IMG/VR virus record: IMGVR_UViG_3300025759_000119
Coordinates: 1 to 55,711 of that record
Reading direction: 5' to 3' (one strand)
Source: a virus
Taxonomy: Duplodnaviria > Caudoviricetes
Length of the DNA stretch: 55,711 bases
Every line of letters starts with the position of its first letter. Positions within the stretch are counted from its first letter, which is position 1. This document shows positions 19,301 through 28,867 of the stretch, one piece after another. The position numbers were made by a program, and so were the translations under genes. Under the pieces are notes generated by a model. The model was given only the letters and a program-made list of their open reading frames with translations, was not told the DNA's origin and searched no databases.

Positions 19301-20856
19301 GTAACCTCGTTCCCAATTATGAGCTTGTGCCAGACGCAATTAAAAATCTTCGTAGACTCCCAGTGGGTAACTTTATTGCTTTCCCTGCTGAGATTATACG
19401 CACAGGATTTAATACGCTTGACACAGCAATGCGTGAGTTGTCCAGTGACAGTAAAGCTATACGCCAGATAGGTATGCGGCGGTTGATGGGGGCTACAACA
19501 ACCTTTGCGATTGTCCCAACAGCCCTTCAGGGCATGGCTATGAAGCTGACAGAAACAAGTCAAGAAGAAATTGACGCGGCGAATCGTGTTGCAGCGCCAT
19601 TTCAACGCAACTCTATATTTATTCCTGTGGGCCGGAATGAAAAAGGTAACCTTGAAGTTATTGATTTCAGCCACACCAACCCATACGACATGTTAATCAA
19701 ACCATTCTACGCGGTAATGAACAGCCTTGACCGAGATGGCCGACTGTCCAACGACGGAGTGGAAGCAGGGACTCGTGCTGCATGGGAAGCTTTTTCTGAA
19801 TTTGCGTCACCTTTCTTTGAGCAGTCTATTGCCGCTGCTGTTATACAAGATGTCATGCCTAAGTGGGCAATGGGCAATGGTGGTGAAACAAAAACCGGCG
19901 CTATTGTGTACAAAGATGTTGAGTCACTAGGGAAAAAACTAGAGCGTAGTTTTTTCCATGTGGTAAATGGCCTAAGCCCCGGCATAAGTCCTTTCCGTAT
20001 ACCAACAGGAGCAGACTTGTCGGAGGTCGAAGCAGGGCGTTTTATTCGCGGAACTTTAGGTAATGAGCTTGGTCTTTCCACTAAAGAACCATCCACAGGA
20101 AGAGAATATGGAACAGCGGGTGAGATTATCCGTGCGCTGTCTGGGTTAAACACACAGGAGTTTGACCCAGAACGTATTCTTAGATTTAAGGCAAATGAAT
20201 TTAAATCGAATCGTTCTGAAGCAGCGACATTGTTTAATGATGTGGTTAACAGGGAAGTTTCTTCCCGCGAAGATTATATTAAGGGGTATGTTGAGGCTAA
20301 CGAAGCAAGGCTTCGTGCTTTCCGTGAAATGTCATCTTATGTAGATGATCTCGGAACTTTGGGTCTAACGAGAGCTAGAATAAGAAGACAACTTAAAAAA
20401 GAAAAGTTAGGCAACGCTGAAATAAACAGCATTATGCGTGGGCGTTACGATCCTTTCACGCCATCCAAAGATAAGATGGAAGAAGCTAGACGTAAACGTC
20501 ATGACATTCCGCGCAGCGAATTAAGAACTTTAGAAAGACAAATGCGCCGCTTAGACATAAGCCCGGATTTTCCTGAGCCGACTCCGGAAAGATTTGATTT
20601 TAGCTCGACTCCAACTGCGCCTAGGTCTAATATACTGTCCCCTGAGGATATGTTTTTATTTTCACCGCAGCCTGAACCACAAGCTGCTGCACCACAAGCT
20701 CCGGTCCCCGGTCCAACAACCAAGGTTCCCGGGCAGGCGGTCGGCACACCTGTGGGCTTTACTTATAAAGGTCAGCAAATACCTGCAGAACTTCTCGGTG
20801 GAAATCCAGAAGACATAATGAAAAATGTAGAAATATATCGAAGGAGCCAGCAGTGA
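16366..20856 (+). CDS. Large internal virion/ejection protein
   Basis: 1496 aa; KTILSPVTQVRN, GNFIAFPAEIIR; last large gene of the structural operon. Confidence 0.6.
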   Translation: MTRYRYEGQIYDFEPGLTNDEVKERIANLPQQSTAPVTSARYASGIEEDEGFFQEVGEGVVSGLSRIPQGILELGTIAFDAAADTNYTEEVTKFFDETREDLGIDPTGLAGGISEGLAQFLVPGLGAASAVSRVSSIGKMARGLRSAKTGRKASSARLAAAERKYGSTSLSTSQKVNLTLQEAGAATAADFLVSTDGTQSIGDFFELGVTQTNEKKLGESGREAALRKLINKTKVGAESGLLTVGFPIALGATVKGGSAVGAFRPIEAINETTGLSLPGASFALAQTVTGPTKAAVDLIKGAIIRGEERMLDPLQEVGAFAGMLNRTLGTLRYRGFLDAEVADQQSLVGAKVEGEVKRADGLLKNIEKNIDEYLKRPEVLEQSSITKQKMLNNFMDVLETGNRPDDLPEELFKEYMKARKVIDGLSERLLATGAVARLPEESTSRFMGRAEFIQTVRNNIQTGGYLRRRYRAFEDPENYSIPRGLADEREIFNMLRTGGAEGSEGDRIFKDIKERLNITNFRVTEEQTLDTLTDRQLRGYVDAILNDARNTGRGRIMGMSFRSSMRKLNPQLLNRRKVDLSTTRRILGEIRDPFEAYVATVSDLSTFIATDDFFTTFRRFVDDDIKNAKNREGRYSELRASRAEIQSLINARRENPAAQLGPAQSRYIDTEEYIKNIEQQVVANGGEFTDASKQKILEDLRDQGYYILGKTGLDGNIYDKGISESAFGAMHGIAIPEPMWRSMSNNILNDDNDFTKYFLRPVYGSFLKLKGMTQYAKTILSPVTQVRNVTSAALFAAAQGNFGNGANLGESLSLVLGDLFNMTDEKALEYMVELQQRGVIGSSAQLREIQDTLRKGLNPRTTSGAHILDEAAGRLPSDIAGPLEVARKKGWVRQMLGKAEDAYRGGDDVWKIYNYEFEHAKIKQAYLDDVQNATKGLTDPDVIKNAKEAVDSSYLKFTNSSPSTSLDTALKDLAADRVRNLVPNYELVPDAIKNLRRLPVGNFIAFPAEIIRTGFNTLDTAMRELSSDSKAIRQIGMRRLMGATTTFAIVPTALQGMAMKLTETSQEEIDAANRVAAPFQRNSIFIPVGRNEKGNLEVIDFSHTNPYDMLIKPFYAVMNSLDRDGRLSNDGVEAGTRAAWEAFSEFASPFFEQSIAAAVIQDVMPKWAMGNGGETKTGAIVYKDVESLGKKLERSFFHVVNGLSPGISPFRIPTGADLSEVEAGRFIRGTLGNELGLSTKEPSTGREYGTAGEIIRALSGLNTQEFDPERILRFKANEFKSNRSEAATLFNDVVNREVSSREDYIKGYVEANEARLRAFREMSSYVDDLGTLGLTRARIRRQLKKEKLGNAEINSIMRGRYDPFTPSKDKMEEARRKRHDIPRSELRTLERQMRRLDISPDFPEPTPERFDFSSTPTAPRSNILSPEDMFLFSPQPEPQAAAPQAPVPGPTTKVPGQAVGTPVGFTYKGQQIPAELLGGNPEDIMKNVEIYRRSQQ

Positions 20857-21302
20857 ACAAAGATCAATTACGAGAAGAACTGGCAGAAGACGAAGGCTGC
20901 AAGTTTGAGATCTACTTAGATCACTTAGGTCTACCAACTTTCGGAATCGGAGCACTTGTCAAAGAGCACGACCCAGAGTACGGTCTGCCTGTTGGCACAC
21001 CTGTATCAGAGGATCGTGTCCGCCAACGGTTCAACCTAGACATAGCTGTGACAATTGAAGACTGCGGTAGGTTGTACTCAGACTTCGACGAGCTACCCGA
21101 AGAAGCCCAGTTGGTCATTGCCAACATGTGCTTTAACCTCGGCTACCCGCGTCTGTCTAAGTTCAAAGGTATGAAAGCCGGGATCGACGACCGGGATTGG
21201 CACCGCGCAGCCGACGAAATGGTCGATTCGAGGTGGCATGATCAGGTTCCTAACCGCGCAAAGCGTTTGGTTAAGCGAATACGCGACCTTGCAAAGGACT
21301 AA
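20853..21302 (+). CDS. Lysozyme (GH24, T4-like muramidase)
   Basis: E-x8-D-x5-T catalytic pattern (EGCKFEIYLDHLGLPT); SRW..QVPNRAKR. Confidence 0.85.
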   Translation: MNKDQLREELAEDEGCKFEIYLDHLGLPTFGIGALVKEHDPEYGLPVGTPVSEDRVRQRFNLDIAVTIEDCGRLYSDFDELPEEAQLVIANMCFNLGYPRLSKFKGMKAGIDDRDWHRAADEMVDSRWHDQVPNRAKRLVKRIRDLAKD

Positions 21303-21356
21303 CCTTGTAAATTATACGCTTATTCTACAAGGTACAAACAACTGAAATCATTAGAT

Positions 21357-21434
21357 AAAAACATCGATTCTCGTGGACCTCAGTATCGATGGACGTATCA
21401 TTATACCTCGAGGTCGATGAGAATTGACGTTTTT
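21357..21434. other. Long imperfect inverted repeat at the convergence of the two transcription arms
   Basis: AAAAACATCGATTCTCGTGGACCTC...GAGGTCGATGAGAATTGACGTTTTT. Confidence 0.6.
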
Positions 21435-21643
21435 GTCTTCTCCCCCGTCATTTCTAGACATATCGCATTCGATACTATAACTTCTCCTGCAGTTCGTGGG
21501 TCTGTTAGAATATCTATTGTCATTTCGGCAAGCCTATCATTACATTGACCCAATGTTTCATACGGTCCTCGGCTATCAAAAGCAGTCAAACACTGCTGTT
21601 GATTAGCTACGAAGCATAATAATAGCATTGCCTTGTAAAACAT
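21401..21643 (-). CDS. Hypothetical protein, possibly exported
   Basis: Hydrophobic N-term with Cys; GPYET..QC motif. Confidence 0.6.
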   Translation of the reverse strand: MFYKAMLLLCFVANQQQCLTAFDSRGPYETLGQCNDRLAEMTIDILTDPRTAGEVIVSNAICLEMTGEKTKTSILIDLEV

Positions 21644-23557
21644 CTAGCCTACCTCACCCCAGTTGTCCCCAAGTTCAGCATCGACCTCAAAGGGAACTTT
21701 GAGATCAGGGACACAGTTTGACATTATGTCAACAATCCTGTCTGCTTGTTCTTTGTTTTCGATATTGAAACAAAGTTCATCGTGAACTGTTAGTGTTGGA
21801 CATAGGCCCTCACTGTAGCAATCCACCATTGCTTTCTTTGTCTGGTCGGCACTTGACCCTTGAATTAATCTATTTAACGCTTTGTATGTAAACGCTCTGC
21901 GAATACGTCCTTTGCCGCCATACTCTTTCATTGCCTGCTCTTGTGGCAATGGTTTGTTATAAGTGTAAGACACCGGCTCCCACATGTCAAAGCGGCACTT
22001 TCTTCCGAGCCATGTACGAATCACGCCACGATCTGAAGCATACCTAGATGTCATGTCTGCAAGACCTTTAACAAAGGGAACCCTTTGGTAATATTTATTC
22101 AGCAGCGAGGTAGCTTCTTCTTCTGTAATGTCCAGCACGTTTGCTAGCTTCTTCTTTCCCATCCCATACATGATACCAAGGTTAACAGTCTTGGCTTCCT
22201 TGCGTGGAATCTCTGCCATGTCAGCCACCATTTGATGAAAATCAGCATTGCCTTCATGGTACATTTTTACAACCTCGTCGATCTGTGGATGACGATCCAC
22301 GCCTGTCAAGGTGGCACAGTAATGCGCTAGCCAGCGGGGTTCTTGTGAGGCATAATCAAACGATCCCCACTTACAGCCTTCTTCAGGGACAAAAAGACCG
22401 CGAATCATTTTCTTAATCTCAGGATCCCTCGCAGGTATTTGCTGTAAGTTTGGGTTGCTCGAAGAAAATCTTCCGGTTACAGTACCTCCATCATCAGAAC
22501 GAAGGGCATTAAAGTCACAATGGATTCTACCGTTATGAGAATGTTCAAGAATTGTTTCAACAAAAGTAGTGTTTGCTTTATTAAGTTCACGAATTTTCAC
22601 AATCTTCTTTGCAAGGGGGTGCTCGTGATTCGCAAGAAACTGTTTGGTAAAAGACGGCGCCCCCGTTTTTTCTGTTGCCGCATACTTGACCCCCACCGAG
22701 TCGAAGGCTTTTGCAATAGATGTCGCAACCCACGGCTCGATGGCGACGCCGGTCTCTTCCTTCACTTCTTTAAGTAGAGCGCGTTCACGGGCGGTGAGCT
22801 CTTTTTTAGTTTGCTCCGCTCGATCCATGTCTACTCTAACACCTTTGGTTTTCATGTCCAATAGAACAGGAATTAGACTTGTTTCCAGTTCAAAGATTGA
22901 TGTGCATTCATCTTTTACCAAGTCTGTCCGCAGACGTTCCCACAACCTCAGAGTCACGGCGGCATCCTGCTCCGCATAAGGCCCGACATATCTGGAAGGA
23001 AGACGAAACATCTCACTTTTGGCGTTGACACCAAACTCTTCTGCAGCGGAGCGAAGAATCTTTTCATCCTTGCGCTCCGACAAATAGTCGCGAGCTAGTG
23101 AATCAAGGTTATACCAGCGGCGGTTTTCATTAAGAAGTGGCGCTGCAACCATCGTATCAATGATCTTGCCCTGCACTTCGATTCCCTCTGCGCGGAGCCA
23201 ACCCAAATCATACAGCGCATTGTGCATGATCTTTTCAATATGCGGAGTAGCCATCATTTTCTTCATCCACGCCATCACAGATGAGCGCGGAAGATTCCCA
23301 GCGTCATGTTTGACAGGCAAGTACCAAGAACTATCCCCTGCTGCTACTGCAATACCAATAATGTACCCGTCTTTCCGAGTCCAGCCCGGTCCAAGAGTTG
23401 TGAGGTGTGGGTCTCTGGTCTCAAGGTCAATAGATATTCTTTCGTATTGAGTAAGATCAGGAAGTGATGATGGCGGTGACCAATCACTATCTGTCTTGCC
23501 CCAAGCCACATCTTTTATGTCTTGAGCAAGAAGGTGGTACTGGTATGCATCACTCAT
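21644..23557 (-). CDS. polA: Family A DNA polymerase with 3'-5' exonuclease
   Basis: Exo DLET and HNALYD; TGRFSSSNPNLQQIP; motif A DYASQE; motif B KTVNLGIMYG; motif C VHDEL. Confidence 0.95.
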   Translation of the reverse strand: MSDAYQYHLLAQDIKDVAWGKTDSDWSPPSSLPDLTQYERISIDLETRDPHLTTLGPGWTRKDGYIIGIAVAAGDSSWYLPVKHDAGNLPRSSVMAWMKKMMATPHIEKIMHNALYDLGWLRAEGIEVQGKIIDTMVAAPLLNENRRWYNLDSLARDYLSERKDEKILRSAAEEFGVNAKSEMFRLPSRYVGPYAEQDAAVTLRLWERLRTDLVKDECTSIFELETSLIPVLLDMKTKGVRVDMDRAEQTKKELTARERALLKEVKEETGVAIEPWVATSIAKAFDSVGVKYAATEKTGAPSFTKQFLANHEHPLAKKIVKIRELNKANTTFVETILEHSHNGRIHCDFNALRSDDGGTVTGRFSSSNPNLQQIPARDPEIKKMIRGLFVPEEGCKWGSFDYASQEPRWLAHYCATLTGVDRHPQIDEVVKMYHEGNADFHQMVADMAEIPRKEAKTVNLGIMYGMGKKKLANVLDITEEEATSLLNKYYQRVPFVKGLADMTSRYASDRGVIRTWLGRKCRFDMWEPVSYTYNKPLPQEQAMKEYGGKGRIRRAFTYKALNRLIQGSSADQTKKAMVDCYSEGLCPTLTVHDELCFNIENKEQADRIVDIMSNCVPDLKVPFEVDAELGDNWGEVG

Positions 23558-23819
23558 AATAAGCCTCTATATCTTCTAGCGAATGTCTAAAGATGAACAC
23601 AGGAGTTCTGTCTCCTACATGCGCTCCAGCTACGTTATAGTTAAAGTAGTCAATCGCTTCGTGCTCTTCCATGCCCTGTGCCATTAAGATGTCTAGGCAC
23701 TTTTCAGCATCATAAGCAATAACCTGCTCTGACCCACATCTTTCCGCGATGCCTATGACTGCCTCGTCAAAACCATCAGCCTTGTAAAAAAATTTATTAG
23801 CTTCTTTAACTAATGTCAT
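23550..23819 (-). CDS. Conserved phage hypothetical protein
   Basis: ADGFDEAVIG...EAIDYFNYNV.GA.VG..TP motif. Confidence 0.7.
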   Translation of the reverse strand: MTLVKEANKFFYKADGFDEAVIGIAERCGSEQVIAYDAEKCLDILMAQGMEEHEAIDYFNYNVAGAHVGDRTPVFIFRHSLEDIEAYYE

Positions 23820-24087
23820 TGGTCAATTCTCCTCCGCAGGCAAGATACCCGCATCCGTCTACCCAGTTGTCAATGTGGTTCGGGTTTGATGCTATCCGCG
23901 CAATCTTTAACAAAGTCATCTTGACAGCGCAGTCCATTCCTGTAGGCAGATCATCAGGTTTAATACTGTCCCACCAATACCAAACTGTCTCGATGTTTCT
24001 GAAGTTGTCTTCCATGTTACCGTGCTGCGATGCACGATCCTGAGTCACATACCCTTTAGCGGTGTCTAAAACTTCTGCTCTTTTCAT
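23806..24087 (-). CDS. DUF6378-like protein
   Basis: DR...HG...NF..I; LLKIAR; DNWVD.CGY.ACGGE. Confidence 0.75.
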   Translation of the reverse strand: MKRAEVLDTAKGYVTQDRASQHGNMEDNFRNIETVWYWWDSIKPDDLPTGMDCAVKMTLLKIARIASNPNHIDNWVDGCGYLACGGELTNDIS

Positions 24088-25598
24088 ATCGCAAATCCAT
24101 AATTTCCTGTTGATTCGATTAGGTGAAGGTGTTTTTTAGTGCGCGTGGCACCGACGTAGAAAACCCTGACCTCGCTATCTTGATCAAGGCTTTCCATGCA
24201 TGCTTTTGTGGAATCTAGGAAGAGGGCGACGTTATCCGCCTCTCCACCTTTTGCTTTGTGAATCGTCGAAATCCGGATCCTCGGACTGCCAGATAGTAAT
24301 CGCTCCCCCCGCCGACGTACCGACGTAATGTAGCCTATCTCCTTGTCCGATACTTTCAAGACATTCATCCACGGCGTCTTGGCATTCACGCTTAAACTGC
24401 ACCGTTCGATGATGTCGTCCAGAGTGTAGAAAAGATCTGGATCTAAAGATTCTAGGTTTCTTCGACCAGACTTCGTAATAACATTTCCGTTGAGTATCTT
24501 CGAGAAATTCTTCAGTTCTGCTGCTGATAAGGACAAGCCTTTGCATAATTTTAACCACACCTCAATGCCATTTAAAACATTTTGAGATAGGGACCAACCC
24601 GCCCCTTCTCTCCAGAAGAGATAACCGTCTTCCTTCAGGCGGGTGGAGATCTTATTCGCAATGTAATTTGTCCTTGCTAGGATTAACCATTCACCATTCT
24701 CCAGATCAAGCTCCATTATATCGCGATGCCAAGAAAGATTCCCTTGTCTTTCTGTGGGTTGCCAAACTTTATTTTGTCTGATCGCAACACGCTTGACCAA
24801 CTGATCTGAAAAATTGTGCACGGACAACGGTACACGGTAGGATTTATCAAGGACAATCTTATGATCACTGGCATTCAAGAAGTCCGATACACGGACCCCC
24901 ATCCATGAGTATATGCACTGGTCATCGTCACCAGCATAGTAAACCTTCTTGGCATTCGGGACGAGAACTTCCTTTACCATACGCCACTGAAGAGGAGCCA
25001 GATCTTGTGCTTCGTCTATGATCAAAAGATCAAAACGCGGGCTAGTCCCCTGCTCGATGAAGTCCTCAATCATGTCAACAAAGTCACGCTTTTTAAGTTC
25101 TTCCTTGAACTCGCGATAGGCTTTGTCTAGAACTCGTAGCTGTTGAAAATGAAGGCTATAGTCGGCAGAGTCGCTGAACTGCTGCTCAAGACTTACTTCA
25201 CGAACCCGCGCCATCTGTATCATCGACATGTACTTGTCGCCGCCAGAACCCGGTGTAAAAAGAATACCCTCTGACATATTGTTAGATGCGTTCGCACGAA
25301 AATCCAAACCGACAAGAGTGCCGAGGTCATGAAAGTCCCTGCCCTTAAACACATCTTGTGACCTCATGCCCAGCCAGCTAAATGCCAATGAATGCAAGGT
25401 ACGGAACCACATCAGGTCTTTAGGGCCTAATGACAGTTCAGCAAGAGCTCTGGTCTTGGCTTCTTCTGCAGCTTTCTTACTAAAAGACATGAAGGCCACG
25501 CGGCTAGGATCCATTCCACCAACTATCGCTTCTTTGACAATGCTAATAAGCCTTGTTGTTTTGCCTGTCCCCGGGGGACCAAAGATTGTGGTTTCCAT
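24084..25598 (-). CDS. UvrD/Rep-like SF1 helicase
   Basis: GPPGTGKT; TLHS; IDEAQD; GDDDQCIY; STIHKAKGGE; YVGATR. Confidence 0.9.
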   Translation of the reverse strand: METTIFGPPGTGKTTRLISIVKEAIVGGMDPSRVAFMSFSKKAAEEAKTRALAELSLGPKDLMWFRTLHSLAFSWLGMRSQDVFKGRDFHDLGTLVGLDFRANASNNMSEGILFTPGSGGDKYMSMIQMARVREVSLEQQFSDSADYSLHFQQLRVLDKAYREFKEELKKRDFVDMIEDFIEQGTSPRFDLLIIDEAQDLAPLQWRMVKEVLVPNAKKVYYAGDDDQCIYSWMGVRVSDFLNASDHKIVLDKSYRVPLSVHNFSDQLVKRVAIRQNKVWQPTERQGNLSWHRDIMELDLENGEWLILARTNYIANKISTRLKEDGYLFWREGAGWSLSQNVLNGIEVWLKLCKGLSLSAAELKNFSKILNGNVITKSGRRNLESLDPDLFYTLDDIIERCSLSVNAKTPWMNVLKVSDKEIGYITSVRRRGERLLSGSPRIRISTIHKAKGGEADNVALFLDSTKACMESLDQDSEVRVFYVGATRTKKHLHLIESTGNYGFAI

Positions 25599-27133
25599 TA
25601 GAACGGCACCTCCGACTTCTCAACTACGATGTCGGGTGTGGCAACCTCTGACGCAAACTCAGGCACCCACCATACACGAACTGACTTCCACTTGCCGCTC
25701 GATGTCTTGAAACGCTTAACACCATGTGCGTCTGTGCCGTCATTCATTTCCTTGATTCGTTCTTGAATCTGCGCCCTTGTGTAACTATCAAACTTCTTTT
25801 GACGCAGGTATTCCATCAGTGAGTCAAGTCTAAAATATGTGGCCTGTTCTTCTGCGTCCGTAAATGGCTTACCAACCATGATCTCTTCGACAGTCTGTGC
25901 CTGTACGCGACCAGTGCAGTATGACTCCAACAAATTAAAGAACTGCCCCTTGTATGTAAGTTCTTCTGGCACCTCAATCTGATTGCAATGCTCCATGAGG
26001 TTGTTGATTAGAATCTGCCAGTCCGCATCCTTTGCCCGCTCCGGCATAAAGTTTAACTGCTCCATGCATGACCTTTGAAACAAGCGCGGGTTTTGAAGCT
26101 CGTCTGTATCAAGCTCCAGTCGGCGCCCATCGATATCAAGGAACCACAGCCGTGGCTCAGACAGCACCACTGACAACCCACTGATCGTGGGCAGTGTGCC
26201 ACCGCCACCAATACCGTGCTTCAGGGTGCGGCATACATTTTTATTGCAGTAAGAAGCCATAGGCTCTTCGCTGCATAGGTAGCCCCACTCTTTCTTTTCC
26301 ACTTGATTCTGAATTGTGACAATCTCTGATGCCGGCAGCGGTGGGTTAAAGTCCTTGGCGTTATGCTGCTCAAGCAGAGACTTCCAGTTGATCTCATCAT
26401 ACTTTTTCAAAAAGATACCAAGCTGGAAAGCAAACTTGTTGCGCTCGCCTTCGCCAACGCCGATCATAAGTTTGGCACGAACGCAAGGTATGTAGTCAGG
26501 ATATAGATTTACTTCGCCGCCGATGGGCAGCTTCATGAATTCGTTTGGATCGACACTGATCTCATCGATCATGTCTAAAAATTGTTCTAGTGTCGCCCCG
26601 TCCCCGTCCGGAAAAACCGCCGGGCGGAGCGTCTGTTCCGCATGAAAGTACGGAAGGTTGATAAAGTTACCAACATCACCACGCTCGACCAAAACCTGTT
26701 CCTGCTTCGGAAAGATTTCGCATTTGCCATGCCCAAGCATAGCAGCAATTTCTGCAGCCTTGTCCCTGAATTGTCCTGCACTGAACCACTCCTTAAAGAA
26801 AAAGAATATATGAGCCCCGCCTGATTTAGAACGGCACACGATACACGGTACATTGTTTTCTGATAGCTGTTTGATAAGAGCAGCGTGGTCTAGTGGATAC
26901 ACATCGATATCAAGCGCACCAAACTTGCACTTGTTTTCTTCGTTAATAGGTATCGACCCGACGCCAGTCTTGCCGTCAAGGTGTTCTTGCACAAGCTCAA
27001 CAGTCAACGGTTTACGAACAACGTATGACTTGGCTTTAGTTTTTCCGGCTCTTCGTTCTTCTGATATATCTGTACGTCCATGTGCAGCGCCGAAACCAGC
27101 AAACGCCGCCATGAACCTTTCCGCAAGGGTCAT
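25598..27133 (-). CDS. AEP-type primase with PriCT-like domain
   Basis: LDID, RSKSGGAH, GNFINLPY, GEGERN; start at ATG 27133 after GGAG RBS. Confidence 0.75.
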   Translation of the reverse strand: MTLAERFMAAFAGFGAAHGRTDISEERRAGKTKAKSYVVRKPLTVELVQEHLDGKTGVGSIPINEENKCKFGALDIDVYPLDHAALIKQLSENNVPCIVCRSKSGGAHIFFFFKEWFSAGQFRDKAAEIAAMLGHGKCEIFPKQEQVLVERGDVGNFINLPYFHAEQTLRPAVFPDGDGATLEQFLDMIDEISVDPNEFMKLPIGGEVNLYPDYIPCVRAKLMIGVGEGERNKFAFQLGIFLKKYDEINWKSLLEQHNAKDFNPPLPASEIVTIQNQVEKKEWGYLCSEEPMASYCNKNVCRTLKHGIGGGGTLPTISGLSVVLSEPRLWFLDIDGRRLELDTDELQNPRLFQRSCMEQLNFMPERAKDADWQILINNLMEHCNQIEVPEELTYKGQFFNLLESYCTGRVQAQTVEEIMVGKPFTDAEEQATYFRLDSLMEYLRQKKFDSYTRAQIQERIKEMNDGTDAHGVKRFKTSSGKWKSVRVWWVPEFASEVATPDIVVEKSEVPF

Positions 27134-27198
27134 AGCTTTCTCCAATAAAGGAATGGGGAAATGGTAACCTTCCGAGTTGCTACCATCCCCCCAACTGG

Positions 27199-27999
27199 TT
27201 AAAACGGTACGTCAGCAGCCTTAGTTGCTTCGGCCATCTCATCAGATGTGCCCGCAGCCGTTCTAATCTCTCCTTTACTAAAGCTCTCAGCCATCTTTTT
27301 GGCTTCAAGCATAGCCTGACCCATCTTGGAAACGTCAGTCTCACGGGTTACACGGAAATTATACCATGTGCCCTGATCATTGCTTTCCGAAACGGTGGTG
27401 ATCCGCCACGCAGTACCGTAAATGGGCAGGACAAAAGGTCCGTTCTTGCCTACAGCACGGCACGAGGTGCGCTGCGAATTCCATTTCTTAGAGACCTTCA
27501 ACTGGGTTTTCTTCATGTCCAGTACGGCAGGATCATAGTTGCCAGTCTCTTCGTTATAAACCATCACCAGATGCTGATGACAGCGAACAAGCTCGTTACC
27601 GGACGGCAGAACTTCCGCCGCTCCTTCACGGTTTGTGTTGTTAAGGTCTGGGTCATTATGACTTAGTTCCCGTACCAGACCGCCGCCCGCACTACGCGGG
27701 GTGAACTCAAGGTATTTCATTTCAAAGGCCACTGGAATTACCACGACGCCTTTGTCTTCTGAGTAGATCTCACCCGTCACCGTATTAAAGATGTCACCCT
27801 GTGACGCACCCTTGATATACTCAGGCTTCTCTTTGTTCAGTTGAGGTGATAGCGCTTGCAGGATCCGTACAAACGGTATCTGCATTTGTTCCTGACCAAT
27901 CTTCTCGAAACCCGCACCAGCGTTTTCCTCAAAGATATCCATCAAGCCTTCCGGCGCTAAACTTGTATTCATTTTTTCTGCTACTGCTGTGTTAGCCAT
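27199..27999 (-). CDS. Putative ssDNA-binding protein
   Basis: IPFVRILQALSPQ; NDQGTWY; C-terminal DVPF; replication operon context. Confidence 0.55.
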   Translation of the reverse strand: MANTAVAEKMNTSLAPEGLMDIFEENAGAGFEKIGQEQMQIPFVRILQALSPQLNKEKPEYIKGASQGDIFNTVTGEIYSEDKGVVVIPVAFEMKYLEFTPRSAGGGLVRELSHNDPDLNNTNREGAAEVLPSGNELVRCHQHLVMVYNEETGNYDPAVLDMKKTQLKVSKKWNSQRTSCRAVGKNGPFVLPIYGTAWRITTVSESNDQGTWYNFRVTRETDVSKMGQAMLEAKKMAESFSKGEIRTAAGTSDEMAEATKAADVPF

Positions 28000-28004
28000 G
28001 TCGC

Positions 28005-28571
28005 TTATCCCTTCTTGATAACAGCGCGGTTACCGACATACACACCGAATGTGTCGTAGTCGATATCTTGTTGAGACTCAATACGATTCTTTACCCATGA
28101 CCGTAAAGTCATAGGATGAATGTGGGTTTTCTGATTTGGCTCAAGACCCTGACCTCGCAGATCATCTAGTATTGCACCAGCCATATTGTCTTGGCCCATA
28201 CCAAACGTAACCACAACGTCATTCTTGATAATGTCTGCTTCACCAATGGAACGCAGGAAATTAAATGCTTCTTCCTTGCGATCATCTGGGATGCGCGCAG
28301 ACACATACTTCTCAACAGAGATTTTATTGCCATCTACTGTTAAGCTTTGTACGCCAAGCTCTTCCATCAACGACGGAATATCTTCCTCGTCAATAGTTCG
28401 CTTCTTGGCTTTCAGGTCTTTAAGAAAACTTTCCGTCTTGTTAATCTCATCGTCTACAGCTTGTGACTGTCGGATCAAACGGGATAGGCGGGTTGTACTT
28501 TCTTCACTAACTTGGTCAAATGCCTTGGCGTTAGCGGCCTCTTCTTCAAATAACGAAAACACATCGTTCAT
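28005..28571 (-). CDS. Conserved replication-module protein
   Basis: IP.LM.ELG; EAF.FLR..G..DIIKN; IHPMTLRSWVK. Confidence 0.7.
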   Translation of the reverse strand: MNDVFSLFEEEAANAKAFDQVSEESTTRLSRLIRQSQAVDDEINKTESFLKDLKAKKRTIDEEDIPSLMEELGVQSLTVDGNKISVEKYVSARIPDDRKEEAFNFLRSIGEADIIKNDVVVTFGMGQDNMAGAILDDLRGQGLEPNQKTHIHPMTLRSWVKNRIESQQDIDYDTFGVYVGNRAVIKKG

Positions 28572-28622
28572 CGTTCACACTCCATGTTTAAAGTTTATCC
28601 CCTTCGGGATTGGTCTTTCGTT

Positions 28623-28838
28623 TTACTTACTAACTTTTATTGTGTCAACTGTTTTTATTCTCTCAAGGTGTTTGCCAAACGCTTCAACGTCTCCGCGCCC
28701 ACGCACAGCAGCGTTGTACTCTCGTACAATATGTGACATTTGACCTCCCATCGTGCGCCCCTCTAGGTGCGCGAGATGTTTTAAAACTTTATGAACCTGA
28801 TTCGGCACAGCCACTGATTTGTATTTAGCGTTGTCCAC
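28623..28838 (-). CDS. Ribbon-helix-helix-like DNA-binding protein
   Basis: YKSVAVP.QVHKVLK.LA..EGRTMGGQMSHIV; AAGGAG RBS. Confidence 0.6.
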   Translation of the reverse strand: MDNAKYKSVAVPNQVHKVLKHLAHLEGRTMGGQMSHIVREYNAAVRGRGDVEAFGKHLERIKTVDTIKVSK

Positions 28839-28867
28839 TATTTACTCCTTGTTAATGTATAGCCTTC

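Noticed and set aside
16366-20856. Virion RNA polymerase to match the hairpin elements
   Set aside because: No recognisable RNAP catalytic motif by eye; much shorter than N4 vRNAP
27155-27192. Hairpin between SSB-like and primase genes as a terminator
   Set aside because: Bulged stem with no clear U-tract; function not supportable
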